From assembly GCA_018829965.1 (NCBI GenBank), contig JAHJTG010000016.1, forward strand, positions 93,537-157,536: a DNA stretch of 64,000 nt. The letters are read 5' to 3'. This DNA comes from Patescibacteria group bacterium (GTDB lineage Bacteria > Patescibacteriota > Minisyncoccia > Minisyncoccales > Staskawiczbacteraceae). Each line of letters begins with the position of its first letter. Position 1 is the stretch's first letter. Below, one piece after another: positions 35,391-44,825 of the stretch. The notes under the pieces were generated by a model, which had not been told where the DNA came from, made no database searches, and saw nothing but the letters and a program-made list of their open reading frames with translations. The position numbers and the translations under genes are program-made.

Positions 35391-37301
35391 TTACTGCCTG
35401 CTCTTAAATATCTCCAAGAATGCCCGATGGGAGATTTCAACCCTCCCCTTCTCCTTTAATAGCTTTTTTCCTTTCTTCTGTTTCTCTAAAAGTTTTCTTT
35501 TTCTTGTCACATCTCCTCCGTATAGATAACCGGTGACATCCTTTCTTCTGGCCCTGATTGTTTCACGGGCTAAAACCTTGCCTTGAACTACTGCCTGCAA
35601 AGCAACTGAGAATTGTTCCGGAGGCAAAACATCTTTTAATTTTTCTACCAAAAACTTTCCTTCCCTATATGCTTCGTCTTCGGAAACAATCTTTGAAAAC
35701 GCTTCTTCTGAGTGTCCTGCAATCCAAATTTCCATTTTTACCAAATTACCTGGCCTAAAACCTAAAACCTTATAGTTCATTGAAGCATAACCTTGGCTTA
35801 CGCTTTTTACTTTATCGTAAAGATTGCTAATAATCCCGCGCAAAGGCACTTCATAAATAATAATTGCCCTATCTTGGCCAAAATATTGGGTATCAACATA
35901 GATTCCTCCGGTATTTTTTAAAATATCAGAAAGCTTGCTTATGTAAACACTCGGGGTAATAAGCTCTAAAGACACCCAAGGCTCTTCAGTTTTTTGGATA
36001 AAGGTAGCATCCGGCCAATCCGAAGCTGAATAGATAAATTCTTCTTTGCCCTTTTGATTAAAGATTTTATAAACAACCGATGGCGTTGAAATCACTAGAT
36101 TAAGACCGAATTCTCTTCTTAGTCTTTCAGAAGCAATCTCAACGTGTAAAGTACCTAAAAATCCGCATCTGTATCCTCTGCCTAAAGCTTCTTTTGTTTC
36201 GGGCTCAAATATAAAAGATGGGTCGCTTAACTTTAGTTTTGCCAATGCGTCTTTTAATAAATCAAAGTCGCCAGCATCCTGCGGATAAAAACTGGCAAAA
36301 ACCATTGGTCTTGGTTCTAGATAACCATGCAGGGGTTGGATTTCAGAGGCTTTTAATTTAAACTGCTGGCTTGAAACAATTGTATCGCCGACCCTTACCT
36401 TGCCTGGCTCTTTAATTCCTGTAGCAATATATCCGATTTCACCTGCTGAAATCTTTCCTTGAGCAACAGGTCCTGGCATAAAATATCCTATTTCTTTTAT
36501 CTCTGCTTCAGTATTCGTAACCATCAACCTTACTCTCTCGCCTGCGTTAATTTCACCATCAACAACTCTGATAAAAGCAATGACTCCTTTATAGGCATCA
36601 TAATCTGAATCAAAAATTAAAGCCCTAAAAGGTTTTTGAGTATTTATTTCTGGAACAGGAACTTCTTCAATAATTTTACTTAAAAGAGTATCTACATTAG
36701 CTCCTGTTTTCCCAGAGATTCTAAGAATTTTCTCCGGATCAATGCTTAAAAGATTAGCGATTTCTAAAGCGCTTTCTTCAATTCTGGCATCTGGCGCATC
36801 TATTTTATTCACCACAGGAATTATTACTAAATTTTGTTGTTTAGCCAACTCTAAATTAGCTAATGTCTGGGCTTGAATGCCTTGAGTGGCATCAACCAAT
36901 AAAACTGCTCCTTCAACTGCAGCCAAAGCTCTTGAAACTTCGTAGGAGAAATCAACGTGGCCTGGAGTATCTACCAAGTTCAAAACATATTTTAAACTTG
37001 GAAACTCTAAATTCGAAGCACTAAATTCTAAACTATTGGTTTCGGATTTTGGGTTTTGGGTTTTGGGTTTATTTAGAATTTCGGATTTAGGATTTAGGAT
37101 TTGCGAATGATATATCATTCGTACTGGTTTAAGTTTAATTGTAATCCCCTTTTCTCTTTCTAAGTCCATTCTATCCAAAAACTGCGGTTTCATTTTACCC
37201 GGCTTTACCGCTCCAGTTATTTCTAAAAATCTATCGGCTAAGGTAGATTTCCCATGGTCAATATGGCTAATAATTACAAAATTACGTATATTCTCCTGCA
37301 T
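35391..37301 (-). CDS. lepA: Elongation factor 4
   Basis: HIDHGKSTLADR, DTPGHVDF, GFLGTLH and YGGDVTRKRKLLEKQK motifs. Confidence 0.97.
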   Translation of the reverse strand: MQENIRNFVIISHIDHGKSTLADRFLEITGAVKPGKMKPQFLDRMDLEREKGITIKLKPVRMIYHSQILNPKSEILNKPKTQNPKSETNSLEFSASNLEFPSLKYVLNLVDTPGHVDFSYEVSRALAAVEGAVLLVDATQGIQAQTLANLELAKQQNLVIIPVVNKIDAPDARIEESALEIANLLSIDPEKILRISGKTGANVDTLLSKIIEEVPVPEINTQKPFRALIFDSDYDAYKGVIAFIRVVDGEINAGERVRLMVTNTEAEIKEIGYFMPGPVAQGKISAGEIGYIATGIKEPGKVRVGDTIVSSQQFKLKASEIQPLHGYLEPRPMVFASFYPQDAGDFDLLKDALAKLKLSDPSFIFEPETKEALGRGYRCGFLGTLHVEIASERLRREFGLNLVISTPSVVYKIFNQKGKEEFIYSASDWPDATFIQKTEEPWVSLELITPSVYISKLSDILKNTGGIYVDTQYFGQDRAIIIYEVPLRGIISNLYDKVKSVSQGYASMNYKVLGFRPGNLVKMEIWIAGHSEEAFSKIVSEDEAYREGKFLVEKLKDVLPPEQFSVALQAVVQGKVLARETIRARRKDVTGYLYGGDVTRKRKLLEKQKKGKKLLKEKGRVEISHRAFLEIFKSRQ

Positions 37302-37361
37302 ATTTATATTTTTTACCAATCGCTTGGCTTGACAGCGCTTGTTGATTTGCTATTATTAATA

Positions 37362-37451
37362 TGTGCTTGTGGGCGAAAGCCCCGTTCAGCCAAGGATTTC
37401 CTAAGCTGAAGGCAAGCACGACAAAAATGCTGTCCATTGGACGGCTTTTTT
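37362..37451 (+). ncRNA. Candidate small structured RNA (three-way junction plus terminator)
   Basis: TTGACA-N16-TATTAT upstream; stems GTGCTTG/CAAGCAC, GGGC-GAAA-GCCC and TTCAGC/GCTGAA; terminator gctgtcca/tggacggc followed by a T run. Confidence 0.6.
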
Positions 37452-37454
37452 GTT

Positions 37455-37919
37455 TTATTCGTCTTCAATGCCATCGGTATATAATTTTTGTCCTCTCTTA
37501 AGGTTTGAATCTGGCATAACGCTCCAAAAAATAATATTGCCATCACCTACCCTTTTCAAAACTACTCTAATTTTAATATTAGAATCGCCAATAATCGCTA
37601 TAAATGTCCAAAACTCTACGTTTTTTGTTTTTTTGAGTCCATCTTTACCCGTCTTACCAATAGGGGCAAATCCCCTCCTAATTTCTTGGAGTGTCCCAGA
37701 ATTTCTAATAACTTTTAAAGCCAGCGGTAAAAGACTGAATTTAAGAATTTGTTCTCTTTTATTTCTTTCTCTCCTCGCAGAAAATTGTAAATGATGAAAT
37801 CCATCGGAATTCAAAACAATATCGCTTTTAAAATAAGGGCTGTAAATCGTTTTTTGGGTGTAATATATAGCCCTTGCTTTTTCCTTTTTTTGATTGAAAT
37901 ACTCAATATTTATATCCAT
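37455..37919 (-). CDS. Hypothetical protein, possible BECR-fold (Barnase/EndoU/colicin/RelE-like) RNase
   Basis: GFHHL motif, a helix, then a beta meander ending IIFWSVMP. The fold call is inference. Confidence 0.6.
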   Translation of the reverse strand: MDINIEYFNQKKEKARAIYYTQKTIYSPYFKSDIVLNSDGFHHLQFSARRERNKREQILKFSLLPLALKVIRNSGTLQEIRRGFAPIGKTGKDGLKKTKNVEFWTFIAIIGDSNIKIRVVLKRVGDGNIIFWSVMPDSNLKRGQKLYTDGIEDE

Positions 37920-37926
37920 TGTTTTT

Positions 37927-39597
37927 TTACTTTTTATTCTTCCCGTTTAAAAATCCGACTTGGCTTAAAACAAAATTTTTGAGATGTTTCACTTCGGGGG
38001 ACTTAAAAATATAGGTAGCCAATAGATAGAATGAAAATCCTAAACCTCCGGAAATTAAAGCTTGGAACAAAATTGTCAAAAAAGTTTTCTCGCCTATATA
38101 ACCACCAACAACCTGACGAACGAAATAAGTGAAAAATATCGTTAAAAAGGTTGCAACTAAAACTTTTTTTAAGGAGGACAAAATTTCTTTTGTATGGAAA
38201 TTAATAACTTTCTTTTTAAAAATAACAATTAATAAAAATAATTGTAAAACAGCATTTAACGAAATTGCTAATGGCAAACCGACAACGGCTAAATTTTGCA
38301 TACCTTCAATTTTTAAAAATTGACTTAATAAAATAGAAAAGAAGTTTTGGAAACCTAAAGCCCAAACAAAAAAATAACCGAACGCGGCCGTACTGGCTAT
38401 ACTGATAATACTGATTAAGGCTGGAGTTTTTGTATCGTGCATTGCGTAAAAAGCTTTGGCTAAAAGATAAATTAATCCCTGGGCAAAAAGACTTAACATA
38501 AAAATTCCAAAACAAGCAGCGGTCAATTTAGTGGCTGACCAATCAAACTTTCCAGCGCCGAAAGCAATTCTTACGAGATGAGCTCTTAAAATAAATGCGA
38601 TGGCGCTTATGGGAATTATTAGAAATAGAATTTGGCGAAAAACCGAAGTAAATTTAGCAAGCATTTCTTTTTTATCTCCTTTTGAAAAAGCCAAAGACAA
38701 AGCCGGAAAAACAGCAATGGCAAACGGAATAGCAACCAAGCCAATTATCGGCAAGGACAAATCGTTAGCTAAACTAAAAACACCAATGCTCCCAGGAATT
38801 AATGTTGAACCGATGATAGTAATGACAACCAAGTTAATTTGAGCGGCAGCTAAACCAATTGCTCTAGGCACAGTGAGTTTTAAAGTTAACAAAAATTCCT
38901 TGTCAAGAAAATTAAAGACATTCTGGATTTTAAAGCCAATTTTAAATAATGTGGGCAACTGAATTATAAGATGGAGAATGGCTCCCAAAACAATACCCCA
39001 TGCAAGGCCTGAAATCCCCATCCTGGGAACAAAAAATATAATACCGATTATACTGCCAAGATTATAGACTATTGGAGCTAAAGCAGTTATTAAAAACCTT
39101 TGGAAAACCCTTAAAATAGCAGAGATTATATTACTAATACCCATTAAAATCGGGCTTAAAAACATTATTCTGGTCAGCGTAGTTGTAATTTCCCTTTTCT
39201 CTCCTGAAAAACCCGGCGCAATTAAAGAAATCAATTGAGGGGTAAAAATAAATAAAATCCCACAGATTATAATCAAACCAACCAAAGCTAGGTTTAAAAG
39301 ATTAGATATATAGTTAAAAGCTTCTTTCCTGCTTCTTATTAAGTTTTTAGTAAAAATTGGAATAACTGCGACACCGATAGCGCCAGTCATTAAAACCATC
39401 GCGACAAAGTCCGGAATACGAAATGCAGTATAATAAACATCAAGCTCATTCCCCAATCCATATCTTCCGGTTAATAAACGGTCTCTTAATATCCCTAAAA
39501 CAAAACTTAGAAAAGAGAAAACGGACAAAATTAAAGCGGCCAAAGAAATATTTTTGGCCTCATGATTATATATTTTTTTAAGAAGATTTTTTAACAT
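37927..39597 (-). CDS. murJ: Lipid II flippase
   Basis: LGILRDRL, AFRIPD, APIVYN and FYAMHDTKTP motifs; many transmembrane segments. Confidence 0.95.
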   Translation of the reverse strand: MLKNLLKKIYNHEAKNISLAALILSVFSFLSFVLGILRDRLLTGRYGLGNELDVYYTAFRIPDFVAMVLMTGAIGVAVIPIFTKNLIRSRKEAFNYISNLLNLALVGLIIICGILFIFTPQLISLIAPGFSGEKREITTTLTRIMFLSPILMGISNIISAILRVFQRFLITALAPIVYNLGSIIGIIFFVPRMGISGLAWGIVLGAILHLIIQLPTLFKIGFKIQNVFNFLDKEFLLTLKLTVPRAIGLAAAQINLVVITIIGSTLIPGSIGVFSLANDLSLPIIGLVAIPFAIAVFPALSLAFSKGDKKEMLAKFTSVFRQILFLIIPISAIAFILRAHLVRIAFGAGKFDWSATKLTAACFGIFMLSLFAQGLIYLLAKAFYAMHDTKTPALISIISIASTAAFGYFFVWALGFQNFFSILLSQFLKIEGMQNLAVVGLPLAISLNAVLQLFLLIVIFKKKVINFHTKEILSSLKKVLVATFLTIFFTYFVRQVVGGYIGEKTFLTILFQALISGGLGFSFYLLATYIFKSPEVKHLKNFVLSQVGFLNGKNKK

Positions 39598-39608
39598 TAA
39601 AGTTAGAA

Positions 39609-39858
39609 AGCGAGGTGTTAGCGTTAAAAGTAAATTTCACAGGCTCAATTCCCAATCTGTTGAGCGAGGCGACGAGTTTAAAGATAAATTTCGCAGGCTC
39701 AATTCCCAAACTGTTAAGCGAGGCGACGAGTTTAAAAGTAAATTTCGCAGGCAATTTAGCATGGTTTCGCCGATTGGCGACCGCAACCGACCGCAACACC
39801 GGGTGTTGCGGAGTAAGGGGTTTGGATTATCGCCACTTTTATGGCTACTGCCGAGCGA
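39609..39858. repeat. Long AGCGAGG...CCGAGCGA element with a 54-bp tandemly triplicated left end
   Basis: Units start at 39609, 39663 and 39717; the body is homologous to 44675-44820. Confidence 0.85.
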
Positions 39859-40549
39859 CATTTCTAATAATGATAATCGGTGTTTGTTCGTCTGATTGCC
39901 CAGCTGGGTTGTCTTTCAAGATTTTAAGCAATAATTTTTCCTTGCCAATTAAATCCCGACTCCTGCCTAAAATATTGCCACCTAAATCATTGACATCAGA
40001 CACGCAAAAAGAAAAACCAAATTTTTCTTCTAATTTGTCGCACAATGAGTCGCAGCCAACAGGGCCAAAAATTCCCATTTCTGTATATTGAGGAAAAAAT
40101 TTCCCATAAAATCCGTCTAACTCGTTTATCTGATTACCGACTATCCTATAAAAAATACCTGATATCCCAAATAATTTACAGATCATGCCACAAAATCCGG
40201 CAAAAAAAATCCGGGGAAGGCCGGCCAAATTTATCGCGACTTGCATTTTTAATGGATTCCCTACTGAAAAACCGTAAGGTGTTTTTTTAGCGAATTTTGA
40301 TAAAAATTTTGCCCAAAAACCAACTCTAATGTCTTTTTTATAAACAATCCTTTTCTGCAGAATTGAAACTATCTTTTGACCCAAAGCAACAATATCGCCC
40401 TTCTGGGCAACTGACAAAACATATTTTTCTATAATATCCTCAAAACCATCTTCAACTCCAATAAAATGAGTTTTTATAGGATAGCGAAACCATTTCTGAC
40501 TGCCAACTTCAATTATTAAATTTTTCCCAAAATTTGGAACAGCCTCCAT
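39845..40549 (-). CDS. Coenzyme F420:L-glutamate ligase-like (CofE-fold) protein
   Basis: PIKTH, KIVSILQ, DVNDLGG and DNPAGQSDEQTPIIIIR motifs. Confidence 0.8.
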   Translation of the reverse strand: MEAVPNFGKNLIIEVGSQKWFRYPIKTHFIGVEDGFEDIIEKYVLSVAQKGDIVALGQKIVSILQKRIVYKKDIRVGFWAKFLSKFAKKTPYGFSVGNPLKMQVAINLAGLPRIFFAGFCGMICKLFGISGIFYRIVGNQINELDGFYGKFFPQYTEMGIFGPVGCDSLCDKLEEKFGFSFCVSDVNDLGGNILGRSRDLIGKEKLLLKILKDNPAGQSDEQTPIIIIRNVARQ

Positions 40550-40563
40550 GTTTATTAAAAAAA

Positions 40564-41694
40564 TTAGATTGAACCCCAAACGTCATTAGTCCTTTGACCA
40601 CTGGTTAACATTCCTCCCATAAAAAATAACCTATTTTTAAAATCCACGCAAGCGGAATCTTCTCTCCCCTTCCAAGGGGATTGAGCTTCTGGTTTTTGCC
40701 AACCAATGCCATCTTTTGAAAACCAGACATCGTTAAATCCTTTTCCGTAGCCTGACCATCCGCCAATTATCCAAAGATAGCCTTCATAACCGATAAAACA
40801 ATGCCCATGCCGTCCAGTCCAAGGAACTTTTGGGACAACGAGCTCCCATTTTATGCCATCATCAGAAACCCACACCTCAGACATACCCATCTTACCAGGA
40901 AAAACGCCGGCAGAAAGCCATAATCTATTATTAAAAACTTCTATAGCCATGTCGTATCGCGGAGACCAGCTTGCGTTATCTACAGCTAAAAGCCAATCCT
41001 TGCCATTTTCTGAATACCAAACGTCATTTTTCATTCCTTCTGAAGACGCTCCGCCGAATACCCAAATTTTATCGTTATAAACAGCTGAACTAAAACCTTT
41101 TCTTGGAGACCAACCAGCACTCTTTGTGGCTTGAACCCAATTTATCCCATCTTCCGAGCTCCAAACATCATTTAGATATTTTCCATCTGTAGTCACTCCA
41201 CCCAAGAGCCAAATTTTATTGTTAAAAACTACTGAATCGTGAGCTCGTCTTAAGCCCCAAGGAGCTTTATTTGTAACTAAAGTCCAATTTATTCCATCTT
41301 CTGAACTCCAAACATCACTATAATTTTGAGTGTAATCAGGAGCTTTACCGCCTATCCCGCCCAAAAGCCAGATTTTATCTTTAAAAACAACTGCGGTGTG
41401 AGCATCTCTTCCAAGCCACTGCGCTTTAACGCTAACCATTTGCCAATTTAATTTTATTGGTTCAAAAAGCGGATTATCGTTTTTAACAATCGGGACTATT
41501 TCTCCTTCTTTATTTATCTCCGGTGTATCAATATTAGGCATATCAGCTACAGAAATCGGAGTAACTATTGTATATGAGACAACAACTTCATTTGTTTTCA
41601 AAATAAAAAAAGAGATAGGAAATAATATCCCTACAAATATAAATAAAAATAATACTATTTTTTCTAATAAATTATAGTCTATGGAGTCTTGCAT
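40564..41694 (-). CDS. Membrane-anchored Kelch-like beta-propeller protein
   Basis: N-terminal transmembrane helix and repeated R..H..VVF..KIWLLGG...DVWSSEDG..W units. Confidence 0.85.
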   Translation of the reverse strand: MQDSIDYNLLEKIVLFLFIFVGILFPISFFILKTNEVVVSYTIVTPISVADMPNIDTPEINKEGEIVPIVKNDNPLFEPIKLNWQMVSVKAQWLGRDAHTAVVFKDKIWLLGGIGGKAPDYTQNYSDVWSSEDGINWTLVTNKAPWGLRRAHDSVVFNNKIWLLGGVTTDGKYLNDVWSSEDGINWVQATKSAGWSPRKGFSSAVYNDKIWVFGGASSEGMKNDVWYSENGKDWLLAVDNASWSPRYDMAIEVFNNRLWLSAGVFPGKMGMSEVWVSDDGIKWELVVPKVPWTGRHGHCFIGYEGYLWIIGGWSGYGKGFNDVWFSKDGIGWQKPEAQSPWKGREDSACVDFKNRLFFMGGMLTSGQRTNDVWGSI

Positions 41695-41904
41695 AAAATT
41701 TTATTTAACAGGATTTTATAGACTTATTCTAATCATTTTTTAACAATTTTACAAATTTAGCCAGTAGAGACTCGCCCTCCACGTAATTTTATTGCAGGTA
41801 TTGCAGGGTCGGACCTTGCAATAATTTTGAACCGACAGAAGCCTGTCCTCTGCGGAATTACTTCCACGGAATTAAAAAGCCCGTCATATAACGGGGTTTT
41901 TAAT

Positions 41905-42280
41905 ATCTCAACAAGACTATAAGCCGAATTCTGTTCTATGTGATCATCTGTCTGGACCAAAAATTACTCTTTGGTTCTTGCGAACTACTTTTAACAGAAA
42001 TTCAAGATGAAATTAACCTAAATTTCTGCTTTGTTCTTGCGCCCAGTAAGGATTTAGCCGTTTCATTTCCGTATTACTACGGAATTCGCCCCCCTTCGCA
42101 TAAAGCTACGGAAGGGCGTTTTAATCCTTTCGAATTAAAACGTTTCTGCTCGCACCTCTAACCTCGCGGTCGACGGCTGTTAGCCGCTACTTTTTTAGAG
42201 TCGCCTAAGCGACAATGGGTGTTCGGACTTTCCTCCCTTTATCAATTAAGATAAAGAGCGATCACTCGTCTTGTTGAGAC
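41905..42280 (-). ncRNA. rnpB: RNase P RNA
   Basis: GAGGAAAGTCC and ACAGAATTCGGCTTAT P4 motifs, P1 stem gtctcaacaagac/gtcttgttgagat, and a terminator at 41874-41901. Confidence 0.95.
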
Positions 42281-42317
42281 AATTATATAATACCAAACCT
42301 TTAACCCCTTGTCAAAT

Positions 42318-42363
42318 TAGAATTGGGGTGTCCGACATAGAATTGGGGTGTCCGACACCCCAA
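42318..42363. repeat. 20-bp tandem duplication ending in the palindrome TTGGGGTGTCCGACACCCCAA
   Basis: Two consecutive copies of tagaattggggtgtccgaca. Confidence 0.75.
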
Positions 42364-42432
42364 TAACTCAATGAAATTAAAAGAAAACCCGCTAAAACAG
42401 TTTTCTTCTGCTTTAGCGGGTTATTATACCCT

Positions 42433-42789
42433 TCATTCTTCTGACGACCAGTCTGTCCCTATATGTGGAGGTATTATAGGCTGAACGACACATCTGACGT
42501 AAGCTTTTTGAAAGTATGAACGTTTGGTTGCTTCACTAAGACGCCTGCAAACTTCTTTCAGTAATTCTGCGGTTACATATAAACCGACGACTGAAATAAT
42601 TATTTCTCCTCCTAATCCTTTTTTGTAAAGATCCTGGGGGAAAAATATTGAAACCCCATCTTGAGAAACGTTTAACCCCTTAACGCCACTGATGAGAATC
42701 TGGAAATCGGCTATCATTTCTGCCAACAATTCCTGACTAGTACATAGGGGCACCCCATAAACGATAATAGTAACTTTATTATTCATCAA
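42433..42789 (-). CDS. Hypothetical protein
   Basis: Shine-Dalgarno aaggag upstream and a terminator-like hairpin at about 42385-42422. Confidence 0.65.
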   Translation of the reverse strand: MMNNKVTIIVYGVPLCTSQELLAEMIADFQILISGVKGLNVSQDGVSIFFPQDLYKKGLGGEIIISVVGLYVTAELLKEVCRRLSEATKRSYFQKAYVRCVVQPIIPPHIGTDWSSEE

Positions 42790-42905
42790 TCATCTCCTTA
42801 TCAAAAAATTTTCGTCACATATTTTGCTAACAAACAACTATTTATAACATAACATTTTATATCTTTTTTTGTCAAACTAAAATAGAGGGACCAGCCCTCC
42901 ATTTC

Positions 42906-43349
42906 TTATATCAACTTCTGATTCTTATAAGTATTATCCAGTGCCTCATTTGCCATCTTATCGGCTTCCCTATTCTTTTCGCGAGGAATATGTTTAAATT
43001 TTATCTTTTTAAAGTCTAATCTCAGATTCCATAATTCCAAAAATAGTTTTTGTATTTTTTCGTCTAAAATTTTATATTCGCTATTAACCTGGCTAACCAA
43101 TAATTCGGAATCAGACCTTATTTCAATTTCTGTGTTTTCGGCAAGCTTTTTGCCAAAAAGAGCTTTAAACTTCTTTAGAGCAAAAATTACTGCCTTGTAT
43201 TCAGCTTCATTATTGGTCAGATTATCTCCTAAATATTCCCCGTATTTTTTAAGCTCTTGCTCTTTCTCATTGCAAATTACAACTCCTATTCCTCCCTGAC
43301 CGGGATTACCGCGAGAACCGCCATCTGTATATATAATAAATTTTTTCAT
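42906..43349 (-). CDS. rnhA: Ribonuclease HI family protein
   Basis: YTDGGSRGNPG, TNNEAEY, SDSEL and NREADKMAN motifs. Confidence 0.93.
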   Translation of the reverse strand: MKKFIIYTDGGSRGNPGQGGIGVVICNEKEQELKKYGEYLGDNLTNNEAEYKAVIFALKKFKALFGKKLAENTEIEIRSDSELLVSQVNSEYKILDEKIQKLFLELWNLRLDFKKIKFKHIPREKNREADKMANEALDNTYKNQKLI

Positions 43350-43350
43350 G

Positions 43351-44508
43351 TTATTTCTTTTTAAAATATTCTATTAAACAGCTTTTAAATTTTTCTAAAT
43401 TTTCGTTTTTAATTCTAAATCCGGAAGCTGGCGGATGTCCACCGTAAGTTATTAAAAGGTCGGCACAGGTAGCCATGGCATCAACAGAATTTACATTCTT
43501 TGGTACCCTCACAGACCCGCAGCTTTCTGTATCGCCTTTTTTAAAAATAAAAGTTGGCTTCTCGTATCTTTGAGAAATAGTTGAAGCGACAGAACCAGCT
43601 AAAATTAACGACCAAAATGAATCCCCCTCAAATATAATTGGCTCTAATGTTTTTGACTCTACTCTGTTTTCAACTTCTCTTATTATCTCTTTGATTCGAA
43701 ATTGTTTTCCTTGAGAATTTTCAATTAACCTTTGGGCTATTTTCTTGGAATCTTCTAAAGAAGAAGAGATTAAAAGTAAATATGTTTCATTAACCCTGCC
43801 AACTCTTTTACAAGTATTTAAAGCGCCGATAATTTTTTGAAGATTATTTTGGCTTTGAATATTATCCCCAAAAATTTCAAAAAAAGCTCTCAGTCCCGGC
43901 CGAAAAGTATTCCCTAGAGAGTCTAACCCATTTTCAATAAAAATTTTATTTTCATCCACTATTGGCATCATATCTGCTAAAGTGCCCAAAGCCGTAAGTT
44001 CTAAAAAACTATTTCTTAAACTTTGAGACATATTTTTTCCTAAAAGAATTTCTGATAATTTGAAAATTAAGCCAACATTCGCAAAATTTTTAAAAGTAGA
44101 TTTATCGCTCTCCTGCTTCGGAGCAACAATAATTGAAGCCTTTGGCAACCCATTTAATGGCTGATGATGGTCAATTATTATTACTTCAAAACCCATAGAC
44201 TCCGCTATTTCTACCTCTGCAAAACTGCTGATACCCAAATCCATTGAAATAAATAATGCTGGAGACAAATCCTTTAATTCCTCTATGGCTTTTTTTGTTA
44301 TGCCATATCCATCACTTTCCCTGTCAGGGAAAAAAACTGCGGAGACTTCTCCACCTAAATTCTGGATGCTTTCTTTCAAAATTATAACCGACGTTTCTCC
44401 ATCCAAGTCTGAATCGCCATAAAGTATAATGCGCTCTTTATCTTTTACTGCCTTTTTTATCCTTTCAGCCGCTTTTTTTAAATTTTTTATTTGTATTTCT
44501 TTAGGCAT
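43351..44508 (-). CDS. RecJ-like DHH/DHHA1 exonuclease (short form)
   Basis: YGDSDLDG, IIDHH, LGTLAD, GSVR and YGGHPPASG motifs. Confidence 0.88.
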   Translation of the reverse strand: MPKEIQIKNLKKAAERIKKAVKDKERIILYGDSDLDGETSVIILKESIQNLGGEVSAVFFPDRESDGYGITKKAIEELKDLSPALFISMDLGISSFAEVEIAESMGFEVIIIDHHQPLNGLPKASIIVAPKQESDKSTFKNFANVGLIFKLSEILLGKNMSQSLRNSFLELTALGTLADMMPIVDENKIFIENGLDSLGNTFRPGLRAFFEIFGDNIQSQNNLQKIIGALNTCKRVGRVNETYLLLISSSLEDSKKIAQRLIENSQGKQFRIKEIIREVENRVESKTLEPIIFEGDSFWSLILAGSVASTISQRYEKPTFIFKKGDTESCGSVRVPKNVNSVDAMATCADLLITYGGHPPASGFRIKNENLEKFKSCLIEYFKKK

Positions 44509-44544
44509 AATAATTTTAATTTTCAATTCCCAATTTTCAATTTT

Positions 44545-44587
44545 TCCCGACTTCGTCGAGGATCCTCGATGGCTTCGCCATCGGGAC
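44545..44587. repeat. Palindrome of the CCCGAC...GAGGATCCTC...TCGGGA family
   Basis: Same motif as 21051-21100 and 59684-59763. Confidence 0.85.
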
Positions 44588-44674
44588 AATGAATTTTTAA
44601 TTATCTAATCTTCAAAATGTTAAGTGAGGCAATAATGTATACGGAGCACTTCGCGGAGCCAAGCTAAACTGTTA

Positions 44675-44820
44675 AGCGAGGTGGTAGTTATAAAAGTGCC
44701 TCTCGCGGGCGATTTTGCATGGCTTCGCCGATTGGCGGCCGCAACACCGGGTGTTGCGGAGTTGGTGTTGCGAAGTGAGGGGTTTGAATTATCGCCACTT
44801 TTATAACTACTACCGAGCGA
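44675..44820. repeat. 146-bp AGCGAGG...CCGAGCGA element
   Basis: Subterminal inverted repeat gtagttataaaagtg/cacttttataactac; core ccgcaacacc-g-ggtgttgcgg shared with the copy at 39609-39858. Confidence 0.85.
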
Positions 44821-44825
44821 CACTC

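Noticed and set aside
37362..37420. Hammerhead ribozyme or SRP RNA
   Set aside because: The CUGANGA core is absent (CUGAAGG here), the GAAA is a tetraloop, and no SRP domain IV motif is visible.
39609..39760. 54-bp tandem units as a CRISPR array
   Set aside because: The units are contiguous with no unique spacers, no cas genes are present, and they belong to a dispersed repeat family.
39578..40091. ORFs 39578-39799, 39615-40091 and 39637-39861 (also 44620-44829)
   Set aside because: They are translations of repeat elements or antisense to the CofE-like gene.
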